Of a stretch of DNA of 64,000 nt, positions 63,729 to 64,000 are shown piece after piece. The translations under genes were made by a program, and so were the position numbers. Numbering within the stretch: position 1 is the first letter of the stretch; each line of letters starts with the position of its first letter. The DNA lies in the NCBI GenBank assembly GCA_009840135.1, contig VXOH01000036.1, positions 1,720-65,719 on the forward strand. The letters are read 5' to 3'. The notes under the pieces were generated by a model. The model had not been told where the DNA came from. It worked only from the letters and a program-made list of their open reading frames with translations, and ran no database searches. The stretch comes from Chloroflexota bacterium (GTDB lineage Bacteria > Chloroflexota > Dehalococcoidia > Lucifugimonadales > UBA3495).

Positions 63729-64000
63729 ATGGACGAAAGCACACTGGTAATTGTCTCTTTCATCAAGGACTTGATGATTATACTTTCACTGGCCATCCTG
63801 ATAGTCGTCCTGATAGCCTTGGCCGTGGCCTCCATAAAGCTGATAGGGCCGATAAAGTCCTTGAAGAGGACCGCCCAGAATCTGGAAGATGCCTCGGGCA
63901 CAATCCTGGCCTCCACCAGGGATGTCTCCAGGACACTGAGCTTTTTCGGCTCATTTAATACCGCCCTGGACAGGGTCAGGGCCCGCTTCAAAAGGAATGA
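63729..64000 (+). CDS. Partial ORF (runs off the window): N-terminal TM helix plus helical region, DUF948-like small membrane protein
   Basis: ATG 63729, 6 nt after the upstream stop. MDESTLVIVSFIKDLMIILSLAILIVVLIALAVASIKLIGPIKSLKRTAQNLEDASG... is open to the window end. It is absent from the ORF track because there is no stop codon. Confidence 0.5.
   Translation, partial: MDESTLVIVSFIKDLMIILSLAILIVVLIALAVASIKLIGPIKSLKRTAQNLEDASGTILASTRDVSRTLSFFGSFNTALDRVRARFKRN

Noticed and set aside
63665-63991. 108-aa minus-strand ORF at the window end
   Set aside because: It overlaps the 3' end of the 1553-aa gene and has no motif. The plus-strand frame from ATG 63729 encodes a clean TM helix plus an amphipathic region and starts 6 nt after the upstream stop, so that frame is preferred.
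1-64000. CRISPR arrays, rRNA operons, transposases, integrases, phage or defence-island content
   Set aside because: No spaced direct-repeat arrays, no rRNA-like conserved strings, and no DDE, serine or tyrosine recombinase, reverse transcriptase or nuclease-helicase defence-type ORFs were recognised. The window is core-genome-like.

Overview
This 64-kb chromosomal window has a moderately high GC content (about 58-60% by eye). It looks Chloroflexota-like: an 11-gene nuo operon without nuoEFG, plus 'YYY'-domain and GT-C membrane proteins. That taxonomic call is an inference. All homology calls were made by eye from motifs, with no searches run.

The content is mostly housekeeping: otsA-otsB, rpiB, a nuoEFG-like cluster followed by a ferredoxin-NADP reductase, mutS, mutL, ftsY, rnc, cca, an exonuclease-DinG helicase, ogg, speH-speE, trmD, nuoABCD-HIJKLMN, eno and gap. 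A four-gene membrane/envelope operon (YYY protein, GT-C glycosyltransferase-like, flippase-like UPF0104, FAD oxidoreductase) has a fused 1553-aa paralog at the other end of the window. I recognised no rRNA, tRNA, CRISPR array, transposase, integrase or reverse transcriptase.

The strongest hidden signal is three thiol-oxidoreductase genes whose ORF-track calls are N-terminally truncated. These are a FrnE/DsbA-like gene at 3634-4269, an ArsC/Spx-family gene at 13662-14018, and a single-cysteine DsbA-like gene at 27089-27721 on the minus strand. In each, an in-frame TGA sits exactly where the family carries its active-site cysteine. Each also has a strong Shine-Dalgarno plus ATG upstream and a short hairpin starting 16-18 nt after the TGA. 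TGA is otherwise a normal stop here, so these are best read as selenocysteine (U) codons.

Other points worth a second look:
- A pair of HicB-fold paralogs is wedged, translationally coupled, between nuoC and nuoD.
- A 612-bp non-coding insertion between nuoI and nuoJ carries a nested palindromic REP-like element and a start-less Cys-motif frame.
- The complex I N-module is physically separated from the nuo operon and linked to an FNR.
- A 71-aa protein is little more than a twin-arginine signal, downstream of an FAD oxidoreductase.
- The rnc C-terminal tail overlaps ftsY by 157 nt.
- A 23-bp perfect palindrome lies between convergent genes.
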